A program made the translations under genes and the position numbers. The notes under the pieces were generated by a model. The model was not told the DNA's origin. It saw nothing but the letters and a program-made list of their open reading frames with translations, and ran no database searches. Shown piece by piece: positions 1 through 9,733 of a stretch of 64,000 nucleotides of DNA; position 1 is the first letter of the stretch; each line of letters begins with the position of its first letter. The stretch covers positions 1 through 64,000 of the IMG/VR virus record IMGVR_UViG_3300020596_000020; one strand, given 5' to 3'. The stretch comes from a virus.

Positions 1-566
1 GCGAAGACGGCAGCACCGACCGCACCCGCGGTCCGCACCATGCCCCACGAGAATCCGTCCGAGTGAGCGGAGCCGTCTGATGCGTCCTCCCACGTGCAGG
101 CGCCCTGAAGCACACCGGGGACGACCGCAGCAGAATCCGAGATGAGGAAGAGGATAAGCGAGTCATTGACCGTCGTAGTAAGGACCGGCATCGCCACGCG
201 AGCAGCAGAATTGCTCGCAGTGCGGTAGCCCGCGCCTGCGCCACCCGTCCCATTGAAGGGCGTGGCCGTGTTCACATCACGAATTGACAAGAGGTGAACG
301 TTTGCCGTCTCTGCGATCGTATACGTGAACGTCGGATCGGTCTCGGCCGCTCCGGCGATCTTGTACAAGATCGCCAGGTTGCTCGTGTTGGACACACTGA
401 AGAGCTGAGTCCAGCCAGCCAGGGACCACGCTTGCGTCGTTCCGGTGTCTGCCGAGAGGATGGCTAGAAGTAGGTCGTTCTCGGCGTGGACCGGAAGCGT
501 CGCGACAATTGTTGTAGCGCTCGTTACCGTGCCGTAATTGAACGTCCAGTCACGAATCGCCGGCAT
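1..566 (-). CDS. Probable virion structural (tail/fibre-associated) protein, runs off window edge
   Basis: ATG at 566, open frame MPAIRDWTFNYGTVTSATT... to position 1; Thr/Ala/Gly-rich; 3 nt downstream of 570..2924; not in ORF track. Confidence 0.6.
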   Translation of the reverse strand, partial: MPAIRDWTFNYGTVTSATTIVATLPVHAENDLLLAILSADTGTTQAWSLAGWTQLFSVSNTSNLAILYKIAGAAETDPTFTYTIAETANVHLLSIRDVNTATPFNGTGGAGAGYRTASNSAARVAMPVLTTTVNDSLILFLISDSAAVVPGVLQGACTWEDASDGSAHSDGFSWGMVRTAGAVGAAVF

Positions 567-569
567 AGA

Positions 570-2924
570 TCACGTGTCTCCGGTTCGAATCGCTGTCGTA
601 GAACCTCCGCTTGATCCGAGAGTACCAACGGTTTCAAACGTCTTGATCGGCGTGCCTCCGCCGTCGCGAACTCGAACGAAGAGGTTACGATCTGCGAGGT
701 AAACGCCCGTGAACGACGCAGTGGCTGCGACTGCCAACAAGTCAACATAGGAGATGAAGATGCTGTTTCCGGCTTCCACGGCGCCACCAGTAGCGGGGTC
801 AGCGACGAAGTTGGTCGAGCCGATCGTGAACGTCGAACCCGTGTAGGACGTGTACGCGACGCGCCGGAAGATTCCGCTGTTGAGCTGAATGCGGATTGTG
901 CCTGTCGAGGGCGTGTCCGTGGGGATGGCCGAGGTGCAGACCACTGCCAGGACGCCGGCGCCGTTGAGCGTCGTATTGAGCCGGAGCTGGCGAGGGTCTT
1001 CGCTCGCGACAACCGTGCCGTTGACGGCGGCCGTGGCGGCTGACGTTCCGCCAGTGATCGTCGAGTTGTCGACGGGCGGCGACCCAGTGAGGAGACGGAT
1101 CTGTATCCGGCCCGTCGTGCCGTCGTCAGTGAGTGCGGAGAGGTACCCTGTACCCGCTGGGCTCGTGAACGTGAGCGTCTCTCCGAGCTGGAACGGGCCG
1201 CCGGCCTCCGCGTCGTACGCGAACGAGTAGCCGAGGGGTGCAACAAGTGTGCGATCCTCGCCGGAGATGAGACCTCCAACAGTGAATGTAACGTTGTTTG
1301 GCGGTACACGGAGGGTGCCGTCGAGGTCCGTGACCTTGTCTGAAGCGGACAGGTCAGATGTTTCAACGCCAAGGCCGTATGCTCCGATGAGTGCTGTACC
1401 AGTGGAAGCACCAACAGAGGGCGTCGCAACAGTTCGCTCGGTGACTGTCACGTTGACCATGCATGTGGCAGCCGATGTCCCGCCAGTGATGACTTGATTA
1501 TCTGTGGGCGCGACTCCTGTGAGTAGCTGCATCCAAAGCTTCGTGCCTGCCGTGGTGCTGTTGATGGCGAGGAGCTGCCCCGTGCCACCCGTCCACGAGA
1601 GCGCTTCCACGGCAGCGAAGGTGCCGGTGGGCGTGTCGATCACAACCTCGTGCGTGACTCCGCGGAAGACCTCGCCGGGGATGCCGTACTGCTTCGGGCT
1701 CGCATAGACCTTGAAGTACAGGTCGTCCGCTGCCGTTGCCGTCCACGTAGCCACGACGAGCTGAGAACGGTTGCCTGTGTGGGTGCCGGTCGCCGCGAGG
1801 CCCTGGATCTGGACGTAGTTCGAACCGTCGCCGACCGCTTTCTCGAACGTGATCGTGTAGTTCGTCGAGGCCAGCATCTCGAACTGCGTGAGGAATGCGA
1901 TCTCGTATTCGATGTATGCAGTCGTTAGTTTCGAAACGTCGAAGTTGACAGAAGTCGCAAGCGCCGCGGCAGTGGGGATGGACGACGTGCCGAACGTACC
2001 CGAGTGAGCGTAGAGCTTTGCCGTGAGGTTACCCGTGGGTGAACCCGTCTTCTTCATTTTCACACGTACGCGTGTCAAATATTGCGCGTTTACGCCGTTG
2101 ACGAAAGACTGTGCCTGCCCGATGACAGTTGCGTTGCCAACCTGAAAGTCTGAACCAGAGTCCGCGCATGAGCTCTCGATCGTAGATTCACGGTGAAGCC
2201 ACTTGTGGCGCTCGTAGAACTGGTTGATCGAGAGTGCGGCCCTGTTCCACTCCGCGTAGTACGGCTCGTTGACGGTGTCGTTGTTCACATCAAGGAGCCG
2301 GTAGCCCTGTGTGTTCGTGATCGTCGTGTAGCCGCGAATGGAAGCCTCGGCGGTCGCGTTGTTCAGGTCAGCTGCGTACGTGAGTGCGAGAACGTTGTTG
2401 CCTCGCGACGTGCCGTTGATCTTGAACTCCGAATAAGTGAAGCCGGTCGAACGTGTCTGCCCGACGAGACGGCGACCGTCGATGTCCGCTCCGCTCGTGC
2501 GCGTCTTGAGCATGAAACGATGCGAGATACCAGCTGCCGAGTCGGCGTTGATGCCTGTGTCCCAGAAGTTCGGGTAGGCAGGCTTGCCGTTCTGCAAGAT
2601 CTGGAGCGGCGTCCCAGTAGCGGCGAACATGAGGATGCCGTCATAGATGTCGGCACCGCTGTTCTGGATGATCGACCCGTCGAACAAGTGCTGCGCTGCG
2701 GTATCGTCGATGTTGTACGGCGTGTTCAGCGTGATGATGTTGTCGGTCGAGCGCTCCGAGGCCGTCGCATCCGTGATGTCGAGGATGTCGTTGCCAGCGG
2801 CGGCGGCGTCATCCATGAGGTCACCGAGCCAGCGGTGCAACGCGATGACGGTGTAGTTGCTGGTCGTCCCCGTGTATCGAATTTCACCGTTAGCGGCGAC
2901 ACTGAAGTCATCTGCGATTGCCAT
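570..2924 (-). CDS. Large virion structural/tail-associated protein, 784 aa
   Basis: Thr/Gly/Ala-rich beta-type sequence; internal duplication ITGGTSAAT; TAAGTA 6 nt upstream of ATG. Confidence 0.65.
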   Translation of the reverse strand: MAIADDFSVAANGEIRYTGTTSNYTVIALHRWLGDLMDDAAAAGNDILDITDATASERSTDNIITLNTPYNIDDTAAQHLFDGSIIQNSGADIYDGILMFAATGTPLQILQNGKPAYPNFWDTGINADSAAGISHRFMLKTRTSGADIDGRRLVGQTRSTGFTYSEFKINGTSRGNNVLALTYAADLNNATAEASIRGYTTITNTQGYRLLDVNNDTVNEPYYAEWNRAALSINQFYERHKWLHRESTIESSCADSGSDFQVGNATVIGQAQSFVNGVNAQYLTRVRVKMKKTGSPTGNLTAKLYAHSGTFGTSSIPTAAALATSVNFDVSKLTTAYIEYEIAFLTQFEMLASTNYTITFEKAVGDGSNYVQIQGLAATGTHTGNRSQLVVATWTATAADDLYFKVYASPKQYGIPGEVFRGVTHEVVIDTPTGTFAAVEALSWTGGTGQLLAINSTTAGTKLWMQLLTGVAPTDNQVITGGTSAATCMVNVTVTERTVATPSVGASTGTALIGAYGLGVETSDLSASDKVTDLDGTLRVPPNNVTFTVGGLISGEDRTLVAPLGYSFAYDAEAGGPFQLGETLTFTSPAGTGYLSALTDDGTTGRIQIRLLTGSPPVDNSTITGGTSAATAAVNGTVVASEDPRQLRLNTTLNGAGVLAVVCTSAIPTDTPSTGTIRIQLNSGIFRRVAYTSYTGSTFTIGSTNFVADPATGGAVEAGNSIFISYVDLLAVAATASFTGVYLADRNLFVRVRDGGGTPIKTFETVGTLGSSGGSTTAIRTGDT

Positions 2925-2930
2925 GTTGGA

Positions 2931-2936
2931 TACTTA
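2931..2936 (-). promoter_or_regulatory. Putative late promoter hexamer TAAGTA
   Basis: TANNTA 6 nt before ATG at 2924; same geometry recurs at other genes. Confidence 0.55.
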
Positions 2937-2969
2937 CCTGTCACGACGATTGTAATGTGACCTTGACGA

Positions 2970-3230
2970 TCAAAGCTGTGTTGTGCTCGCAATCTTTTCG
3001 AACGAGAATGATTTCATCGCCTCTCGCATGTCGGACGTCGTGAAAGATCCCGAGGTCCAGTGGCGGAAGCTACTGCCACGGTGCTCAGAGTTGTTTCCGT
3101 CATCCAAAACGAAAAACGTGTAATTCGTTCCAAAACCCCAGCTTAACTCGCGAATCTCAAGACAGATCAAGACACGAGCATCGTGGAGAGAAGTTTGATA
3201 GACGTCGCCAACATGTGGCAAGCAAGTCAT
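2970..3230 (-). CDS. Hypothetical small protein
   Basis: 86 aa ORF, 4-nt overlap with upstream gene. Confidence 0.55.
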   Translation of the reverse strand: MTCLPHVGDVYQTSLHDARVLICLEIRELSWGFGTNYTFFVLDDGNNSEHRGSSFRHWTSGSFTTSDMREAMKSFSFEKIASTTQL

Positions 3231-3508
3231 AGCAGTCGGAAGTACTTCGCGTCAGCGAGAATGCAGCCGATGCCCTCCGAACAGACGACCAGGGCGGCGT
3301 ACGTGCAATTGAAGGCTAAGTCCTCGTCGTCAAGCACATCGATCACTCCGCAGATGTCACCCGGCGTGAGAACGGAAGTCACCATGACGAGCGTGTCGTC
3401 GTCGTCGGACGAATTGTACCACATTTTAGTAGGCCACAGATGCGTGTGCTTAACCACAAGCAACGTCATGCACGGCTCTAGTCTAGGCACCCAGGAAGTG
3501 GGTGCCAC
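3227..3508 (-). CDS. Hypothetical small protein
   Basis: 93 aa ORF tiling the operon; start uncertain. Confidence 0.5.
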   Translation of the reverse strand: MAPTSWVPRLEPCMTLLVVKHTHLWPTKMWYNSSDDDDTLVMVTSVLTPGDICGVIDVLDDEDLAFNCTYAALVVCSEGIGCILADAKYFRLL

Positions 3509-3571
3509 TCACATTGCTCGCAATTCCAATCAAGCCACGCATCTTAACGATGTTGTAATCATGTACTTGAA

Positions 3572-3820
3572 TTACTTCCCTGGAGTGCACTCATATCCCC
3601 ACACCCAACCGGAGAGTTTCACGTTGTTGTGAACAAGCTCCACCATGTATGCTGTTTTTCCCTTGTCGGCGTTCTGGATGACACCAAGCACGGTTGCCTT
3701 GGTGTCGTACTCGACGATGGCGCCTTCCTGCATGGTCTGATCGAGCAGACGCTTCCCATCTTCGGAGATGCGACGAAAACGCGAACCAGACACGATGATG
3801 ATGTTGTTACCGGGCTTCAT
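3572..3820 (-). CDS. Hypothetical protein (SH3-like)
   Basis: Start reassigned to MKPGNN at 3820, just after the endonuclease stop; ends GWVW. Confidence 0.5.
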   Translation of the reverse strand: MKPGNNIIIVSGSRFRRISEDGKRLLDQTMQEGAIVEYDTKATVLGVIQNADKGKTAYMVELVHNNVKLSGWVWGYECTPGK

Positions 3821-3821
3821 G

Positions 3822-4580
3822 TTATTCTTCTTTCCAATAGCGTTTTGCGACAATGTTGGCAACGTGACCTTTGGAAACGCCAAACTCGATTGAAAGCTGT
3901 CGATAGCTAATCCGAGTTGGATCCGCTTGAGGCAAGTGTCGCGTGTGATCATAACATAGTCGAATTTCGGTTACCTGTTCACGTGTCAGACAAGCGTTCG
4001 GGTGATTTTCAGCTGCTTGATGCATGCCATTTCGTTCACCACTCACAGCTTCGCCTATACGTTTACGTGTCACCTCAGAATGTAACTTTCCATATGCGTG
4101 ATGTTTTGCACCACTCATGGATTCACTTTTCTGACGTTTCCATTCGTCTGAATGAGTATGTCCAAAGAAGGGATTGGAATTTCCCATCATCATTTCGCTG
4201 ATTTCAGGTCTTTTCTTCCCATACATTGGGTTGTTGCTCCCTGATCTCGCCTCTATCCATTCGCGCGAAGGTTTCCATCCGGTGGCTCCTTCGCCACCGA
4301 CAGTGAGATTTGCTCCCCAGGATTCAGACTCAGAGCTTTCGTGTGTCTTGAACTTCGCGATGAAACGGATTTCTTCTGTGAAGGCGTATGCTTCATCTTT
4401 TGTAGCAAGCACGACTTCGCGTCGTCGGCCGTATTTGCGAGTGATATTTTTCCAATAGACGTTACGTTCAGATCTTTGAACCCGTGAAAGTGTACCCTTC
4501 CCGACATAAAATGGTCGAGGCGTATTTTCAAGCGTCCAATCCACGTAGACAAAGAAGATGTTATTCCTTGACAGGCTCAT
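3822..4580 (-). CDS. GIY-YIG homing endonuclease with NUMOD3-like repeats and C-terminal HTH
   Basis: FVYVDW..FYVGKG..R, GANLTVGGEG, NPMYGK/NPFFGH repeats, SYRQLSIEFGVSKGHV; start at MSLSRN overlaps GroEL stop. Confidence 0.85.
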   Translation of the reverse strand: MSLSRNNIFFVYVDWTLENTPRPFYVGKGTLSRVQRSERNVYWKNITRKYGRRREVVLATKDEAYAFTEEIRFIAKFKTHESSESESWGANLTVGGEGATGWKPSREWIEARSGSNNPMYGKKRPEISEMMMGNSNPFFGHTHSDEWKRQKSESMSGAKHHAYGKLHSEVTRKRIGEAVSGERNGMHQAAENHPNACLTREQVTEIRLCYDHTRHLPQADPTRISYRQLSIEFGVSKGHVANIVAKRYWKEE

Positions 4581-6231
4581 GCACAATTGCGTCCAAAAGT
4601 AGGAAAATGCCGGCGACGCTAGAAGCGTTCCGGAAGGCGCATCGCGACACCTTGACGGGGTCGATGATGCCTGCCTTGCGAAGATCCTTGATCTCACCGA
4701 CGGCAGCGTCCCAGCCGACGTTTGCGGTCGGATCGCTTCGATACGCCAAACTGTTCATCCTGTCACAGACGACGTCGGGTGATTGTCCCGCGTTCTCGAC
4801 GATGCGTCGAAGAGGAGCCTTGCAGGCGTCGAAGACAGCCTTCCATCCACAAGCAACGGCACCCCCGTCGGCGAGGATCTCCTTGACATCTTCGTTGTAC
4901 ATCTGAAGATCGTGTTGGATCTTGAAGAGTGCTGCGCCGCCACCTGGGACAACGCCTTCTTCAAGCGCTGCTTTTGCAGCGTGAAGTGCGTCTTCCAGCC
5001 TGTACTTGCGTTCAACCAGTTCGAGCTCGGTGGCGCCACCGACGCGCACGATGGCCGCACCACTGGAGAGCTTGGCGAGGCGTCGACGAACGGCGTCTGT
5101 TTCTTCCTTCGAAAGGGTGGCGTCGTCGATCTGGCCGCGCAGTTCTGTAATGCGCTCAGCAACACGATCGCTAGCGTCTGCGCGACCGACGATGGTGGTC
5201 ACCTTGGAGTCGACAACCACCTTCTTTGCGTGACCGACATGAATCAGCTTGGTCTCGTCGACCTTGCGACCACTGGAATGAGTGGGATGCTCGCCGCCGA
5301 CCAGCGCGATGAGATCGCGCATCTGAGCGTCGCGGTCGGAGCCAGCCCCGGGGAGTTTGACCGCAACGACACGCAGATTCGCTTGAGCTCGGTTGAGCAC
5401 GAGGCCTTGCATGGCATCCCCATCGATCTCGTCGGCGACGATAAGCAGCGGCTTCTGAGCCTTGTTGCAGTCCTCGAGCAGCGGGATGAGCTCCTTTAAG
5501 GAGGACAGCTTACGATCGGTGATGAGGACGACACAATCCTCGTAAGATGCGCGCATCTTCTCCTGATCTGTGACAAAGTACGGGCTGAGATAGCCTCGGT
5601 CAAAGCGGAGGCCTTCAACAATCTCGAGAGTCGTCGTCGCCGACCGCGCGTTCTCGACAGCTACGACTCCGTCGACGCCGGTCTTGTGCACCGCACGCGC
5701 AACGAGCTCACCGATCTCGACGTCTCCGTTGGCACTGATCGTCGCGATGTCTCTCAGCGCCTCTTCGGTGTTGATGGGCTCCGCGATACTCGCGAGCTCT
5801 TTCAAGACACGCGCGGTCGCCGCGTCCAGTCCTCGCTTGATGTCCGAAGGCTCCATGCCGGCTGCGGCGTACTTGATGACGCTGTTGACGAGCGCGCCGG
5901 TGAGCACACTAGCTGTCGTAGTGCCGTCACCGGCCTCGTCGTTGGTGCGACTAGCAGCCTCACGAACGAGCTGAGCTCCCATACGTTCGGCGGGATCGAC
6001 GGGATCGACCGCCTTGCTGACCGTGACGCCGTCCTTGGTGACGACAGGCGACTCGCCCTCCTCACCCTGGATGATGACGCACTTGCCACGCGGACCCATC
6101 GTGGCACCCACGGTGTCCACTGCGAGGTCTAGACCCCTCTTCAGGGGTCCTACCGCGTCCTTGCCACGCAGGATGACCGAACGCCCAACGCGCGGCCGGC
6201 CAGATTCCTTCTTGAACATTCCGTCGAACAT
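4561..6231 (-). CDS. groEL: Chaperonin GroEL (Cpn60)
   Basis: TMGPRG, VTKDGVTV, AGDGTTTA, EGLRFDRGYLSPYF, GVVPGGG, GIIDPVKV; no GGM tail. Confidence 0.97.
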   Translation of the reverse strand: MFDGMFKKESGRPRVGRSVILRGKDAVGPLKRGLDLAVDTVGATMGPRGKCVIIQGEEGESPVVTKDGVTVSKAVDPVDPAERMGAQLVREAASRTNDEAGDGTTTASVLTGALVNSVIKYAAAGMEPSDIKRGLDAATARVLKELASIAEPINTEEALRDIATISANGDVEIGELVARAVHKTGVDGVVAVENARSATTTLEIVEGLRFDRGYLSPYFVTDQEKMRASYEDCVVLITDRKLSSLKELIPLLEDCNKAQKPLLIVADEIDGDAMQGLVLNRAQANLRVVAVKLPGAGSDRDAQMRDLIALVGGEHPTHSSGRKVDETKLIHVGHAKKVVVDSKVTTIVGRADASDRVAERITELRGQIDDATLSKEETDAVRRRLAKLSSGAAIVRVGGATELELVERKYRLEDALHAAKAALEEGVVPGGGAALFKIQHDLQMYNEDVKEILADGGAVACGWKAVFDACKAPLRRIVENAGQSPDVVCDRMNSLAYRSDPTANVGWDAAVGEIKDLRKAGIIDPVKVSRCAFRNASSVAGIFLLLDAIVHEPVKE

Positions 6232-6266
6232 GCGACGGATCTTAGTCGCTTGTCTAAGTTCGTTCT

Positions 6267-6925
6267 GTGGTATTCTTCACTTACATTGATTGGACGACTG
6301 AGGAAATTGCGCGCGCTTTTACGTCGGCAAAGGTAACGAATCACGTGTCAGAGAGCGAAAGAGAAATCTGTATTGGTAGCGGGTAGCTGCGAAATATGAG
6401 CACGTTCGTGAGGTCGTGTTCGCAACAAAAGACGAGCGTATGGCTCTTGATTTTGAGATCGAAATGATCGCCGTGCACAAAACATATCGCTTTGATAACG
6501 CTGATCGATGGTGATGTAACTTCACTCGCGGAGGCGATGGAACTAGCGGTCATCGACATTCCGAAAAGCATCGAGCAAGTATGAGCGGTGAAGGCAATCC
6601 GTTCTTTGGCAAGAAGCATTCACCTGAACAGATTGTCAAATGGAGTGAATCGCGCTTGGGAGAAAAGAGTTGGCAGTATGGTAGGCGTGGCTCTGACTGT
6701 CACAACTATGGGCGCAAGGACACACCAGAACAACTTGCTTTCAAGCGTGAGCTTATACTTGGTGAAAAGAACATCAATGCCAAATTGACGCAGACAAAGG
6801 TCGATCGAATCCGTTTGCTGTACGCCACTAACGAGCATACTCAAAAGGAGCTAGCGGCGATGTTTGAAGTCTGCGGAAGCACCATCTTCAAGATACTTCA
6901 TTACGAATTGTGGCCTAAAGTTTGA
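6267..6925 (+). pseudogene. Decayed GIY-YIG endonuclease; DNA-binding half (6581..6925) still open
   Basis: VVFFTYIDWT.../FYVGKG paralogous to 3822 and 20427; 1-nt frameshift near 6316, TAG 6377-6379, TGA 6512-6514. Confidence 0.85.
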
Positions 6926-7274
6926 GGAAAGAATACACAGGGACCACACCTTGCTCCCAAGCGATCGCGATGGAACCCTTGAGGTAGTCTGCCAACATTC
7001 GAAAAGCCAGACGACGCACGTCAGCGTCAGTGTGAGTGGCAGCCAAGCGACGCAGCTTCCGCTCCGCGAGGTCGACGACGTTCGTCGCGTCCTCCGTCGT
7101 CAGAAATGTCGACACGTGCACTTGGTAAGCACTCCGTGTGCATGCGTTACTCTTCCTCTTTACCATCGCGAACGTCATACATCTCCTAGTCGGTAAGTAC
7201 CGGTTCTGAAAGAGATGCCAGTCTTGAAGAAGAGCGCTTTGACTGTCGCGATGCGGTTTCACGCTGTCGCCCAC
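6915..7274 (-). CDS. Hypothetical protein
   Basis: ORF overlapping upstream stop; true start may be internal. Confidence 0.5.
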   Translation of the reverse strand: MGDSVKPHRDSQSALLQDWHLFQNRYLPTRRCMTFAMVKRKSNACTRSAYQVHVSTFLTTEDATNVVDLAERKLRRLAATHTDADVRRLAFRMLADYLKGSIAIAWEQGVVPVYSFLKL

Positions 7275-8476
7275 ATATGATGCGCTTGCTCGGGGGTAAG
7301 ATCATCGCCATACAGTCTCACGATACTATCTGTGTCGATGTCTCTGAGCTCGACTTCGGCCGGGCTAGCCTTCATCACCTCGAAGACTTCGGCGGCCTCC
7401 ACACCGTACTTCATGGAGTCGGACATCGCCATCAGCATGCTGCCAATCTGGAAGAGATCAACGGCAAACTCATCTGCCAAGCGCCCCGTGTCAGTGATAA
7501 GCTTGTCTAATTCAGGAGTCGCGACGTGTGCTTGTGTCGCGGCTGACTTCTTCTTCTTTACGAAGTGCATCATTTTGAAACCAGCCGCAAATAACGGCTT
7601 GAGGCCCGCGGCTCGCACTCGTTTTGCCACATGGTACGGCGTCCAGCCGCTGTCGACATTGTCGTCGACGATCAAAATCTTAGACCCGATCGCCAGGTCG
7701 TCGTCTATGATGTCATCAAAGAAGTTGAAGAATCTCTTATGACCTGTGTTGACGTTTACCCCTCCAGCCATGGTCGGCTTCTTCCCGGCCGCGATCAGGT
7801 TTCTCGCGTATCTGAGCTCGTTGCTCAGCACGACTTTGGCTGCGTCAAGATACTCGCTCGACGTGACTAGCCTCTTCACACCTTTTACCTTGATCATCAG
7901 CGGCTCACCGTTGCCGTTCGCCTCTGTGGAGCGTATCATGTCCTCGTACGCCGCCCATTCGTCAGCATCCCACGTGAGATTCATATTCATGGTCTTCTTG
8001 ATCATGGACTGATACGGCACGTTGAACTTCGTTGCCACCATTTTTGCTAGCGCCGCGGCCATGTCGTGACTGCTGTCGACGCATGAAACAACCACGACTC
8101 CCTCGTCCTCGAAGTGTCGAAAAATTTGGTCGGCCATGATCTCAATCACGATCTCAGACGCGTCAGGATCCGCTTTAAGCGTCAGAGGCGCGATCTTAGA
8201 GTCGCGACTGCCGTACTTTACTGTCGATATGACCTCAAACGGGTCCAGCTTAGAAAGGCGTTCTAGACGCGTGTGGGACGGCATCATCTTACGCTGACGG
8301 AACGGTGTATAGATCTTCTCATTATGAAGATTAGACACCTCAGACTTCGGCGTGAGCGAGAACATGATGTCTTCGGCCGACAGAATGAGCTCCTCGCGAG
8401 GTGACTCTACCTTCTTTGGCGTCTCATCCTCCAAGAGAACGAGTTGAATCAAATCGCGTAGCTCGTCTAGATGCAT
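7259..8476 (-). CDS. Phosphoribosyltransferase-fold protein, probably virion-packaged
   Basis: PRPP-binding motif ILIVDDNVDSGWT; N-terminal ELRDLIQLVLLE helix; TAGTTA 6 nt upstream. Confidence 0.65.
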   Translation of the reverse strand: MHLDELRDLIQLVLLEDETPKKVESPREELILSAEDIMFSLTPKSEVSNLHNEKIYTPFRQRKMMPSHTRLERLSKLDPFEVISTVKYGSRDSKIAPLTLKADPDASEIVIEIMADQIFRHFEDEGVVVVSCVDSSHDMAAALAKMVATKFNVPYQSMIKKTMNMNLTWDADEWAAYEDMIRSTEANGNGEPLMIKVKGVKRLVTSSEYLDAAKVVLSNELRYARNLIAAGKKPTMAGGVNVNTGHKRFFNFFDDIIDDDLAIGSKILIVDDNVDSGWTPYHVAKRVRAAGLKPLFAAGFKMMHFVKKKKSAATQAHVATPELDKLITDTGRLADEFAVDLFQIGSMLMAMSDSMKYGVEAAEVFEVMKASPAEVELRDIDTDSIVRLYGDDLTPEQAHHMWATA

Positions 8477-8482
8477 GCCTCG

Positions 8483-8488
8483 TAACTA
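8483..8488 (-). promoter_or_regulatory. Putative late promoter TAGTTA
   Basis: 6 nt before ATG at 8476. Confidence 0.6.
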
Positions 8489-8504
8489 CGTGTGGAAGCC
8501 GCGA

Positions 8505-8521
8505 CGGTCGCGTCGCGACCG
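8505..8521. repeat. Inverted repeat CGGTCGCG-T-CGCGACCG
   Basis: Intergenic palindrome just downstream of AAA ATPase stop; possible terminator or operator. Confidence 0.45.
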
Positions 8522-8539
8522 CGGTTGAACTTTGATCTA

Positions 8540-9733
8540 TCAATCGTCCTCGTCGTCATCACAGTTCTCAGACTCCTTACCAATCAGACGCTCTATGCGC
8601 TTCTGCAAGTCATCGAGCGTGGCGAGCGCTTTCTCGGGGCCGAGCAACTTCCGACGGATGATGTACTCGTTCACGAACGCGACGGGCCAGTTTTTCACGA
8701 CTTCGAATGCGTCGTCGAACTCGCCGAGCATGCCGTGCACTGCAGTCGCGTCAAGCTTCGCGACTTCAATGAGTTCATCGAAGCGACCTGGTCGAAGGAG
8801 CGCCGGCTGTAAGTGATTGATGTGATTGACCGTCGCGAACACGAAACGCACGCGCTTATGCAGGTTCTCCAAGGTCTCAAGCAGAGCAACCTGCGAGATC
8901 GCGCGGTCGAGATCGTCGAAGATAACAACGTCAGGGTCGAAGATCTTGATCATCTCGCCGAGCGACTCGCTGCCGAGGTCGCCGACGTCTTCAACACGCA
9001 CACGAAGGCTACGAAGCTTCAGGATGTCGCAGAGTGTGCGAGAGATGGTGGACTTCCCGGATCCCGGAGGACCGTAGAACAGAATGGTTCTGTTGACGTT
9101 CTGCTCCATGCACTTCTTGAGATATGGAGCGTACTCCGTGGCGAATTCGGAGCTAGCCGGCGCAACGAGGTCATCGGTCGCAACGCGTAGCTGATCGAAC
9201 CCACTGTGACCGCGCTTCCCGCGCTTCCCGTCAGGTGCGTTGGTGGTAAGAACGATACGAGTGAGGTCAACGGTTTTCCAGAGCATCTCGCGCGCAAACT
9301 TGACGGACTCGTCGAACGTGCTGACGTGCGCCAAGATCTCGGTGACGTGGTGGTCTTCATCGCCGCCTTTCACCCACCCGATGCGAACGTTAGACTCGGA
9401 GATGAAGTACGCGTACGTCTCGCCGGACCGGTTGACACGCAATTTAGATGTCATCCGCGGCTCAAGGATCTCAAGCAGCTGTGTCTTGATGCAAGTCGGG
9501 AACATCGGCTTCCACTCGGTGACGGGGAGAACCTCAGCGTAGTAGATGTCACTAGCCGACAGAGTGCGAGCCACGGCCATCGCAGCGCGCGTGATGTTTA
9601 TCGGGCCAGGGTTCTCAACGACCTCACCGATGATCTTGACGGTCTCCATGCCACGCTCGAGAATCTCGTCCCAGCCAGAGTTGCTGAGGCGACGGACGTA
9701 CAGGTCAAATTTCAGTTTCAGGTCGTCATTCAT
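8540..9733 (-). CDS. AAA+ ATPase (classic AAA clade)
   Basis: Walker A GPPGSGKS, Walker B VIFDDLD, second region of homology LLRPGRFD. Confidence 0.9.
   Translation of the reverse strand: MNDDLKLKFDLYVRRLSNSGWDEILERGMETVKIIGEVVENPGPINITRAAMAVARTLSASDIYYAEVLPVTEWKPMFPTCIKTQLLEILEPRMTSKLRVNRSGETYAYFISESNVRIGWVKGGDEDHHVTEILAHVSTFDESVKFAREMLWKTVDLTRIVLTTNAPDGKRGKRGHSGFDQLRVATDDLVAPASSEFATEYAPYLKKCMEQNVNRTILFYGPPGSGKSTISRTLCDILKLRSLRVRVEDVGDLGSESLGEMIKIFDPDVVIFDDLDRAISQVALLETLENLHKRVRFVFATVNHINHLQPALLRPGRFDELIEVAKLDATAVHGMLGEFDDAFEVVKNWPVAFVNEYIIRRKLLGPEKALATLDDLQKRIERLIGKESENCDDDEDD

Noticed and set aside
6377-6514. Stop-codon reassignment (alternative genetic code) suggested by in-frame TAG and TGA
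   Set aside because: The same gene also has a frameshift, the stops align to Lys and Gly of the paralogs, and TAA, TAG and TGA all end intact genes elsewhere. The only tRNA found is Thr, not a suppressor.
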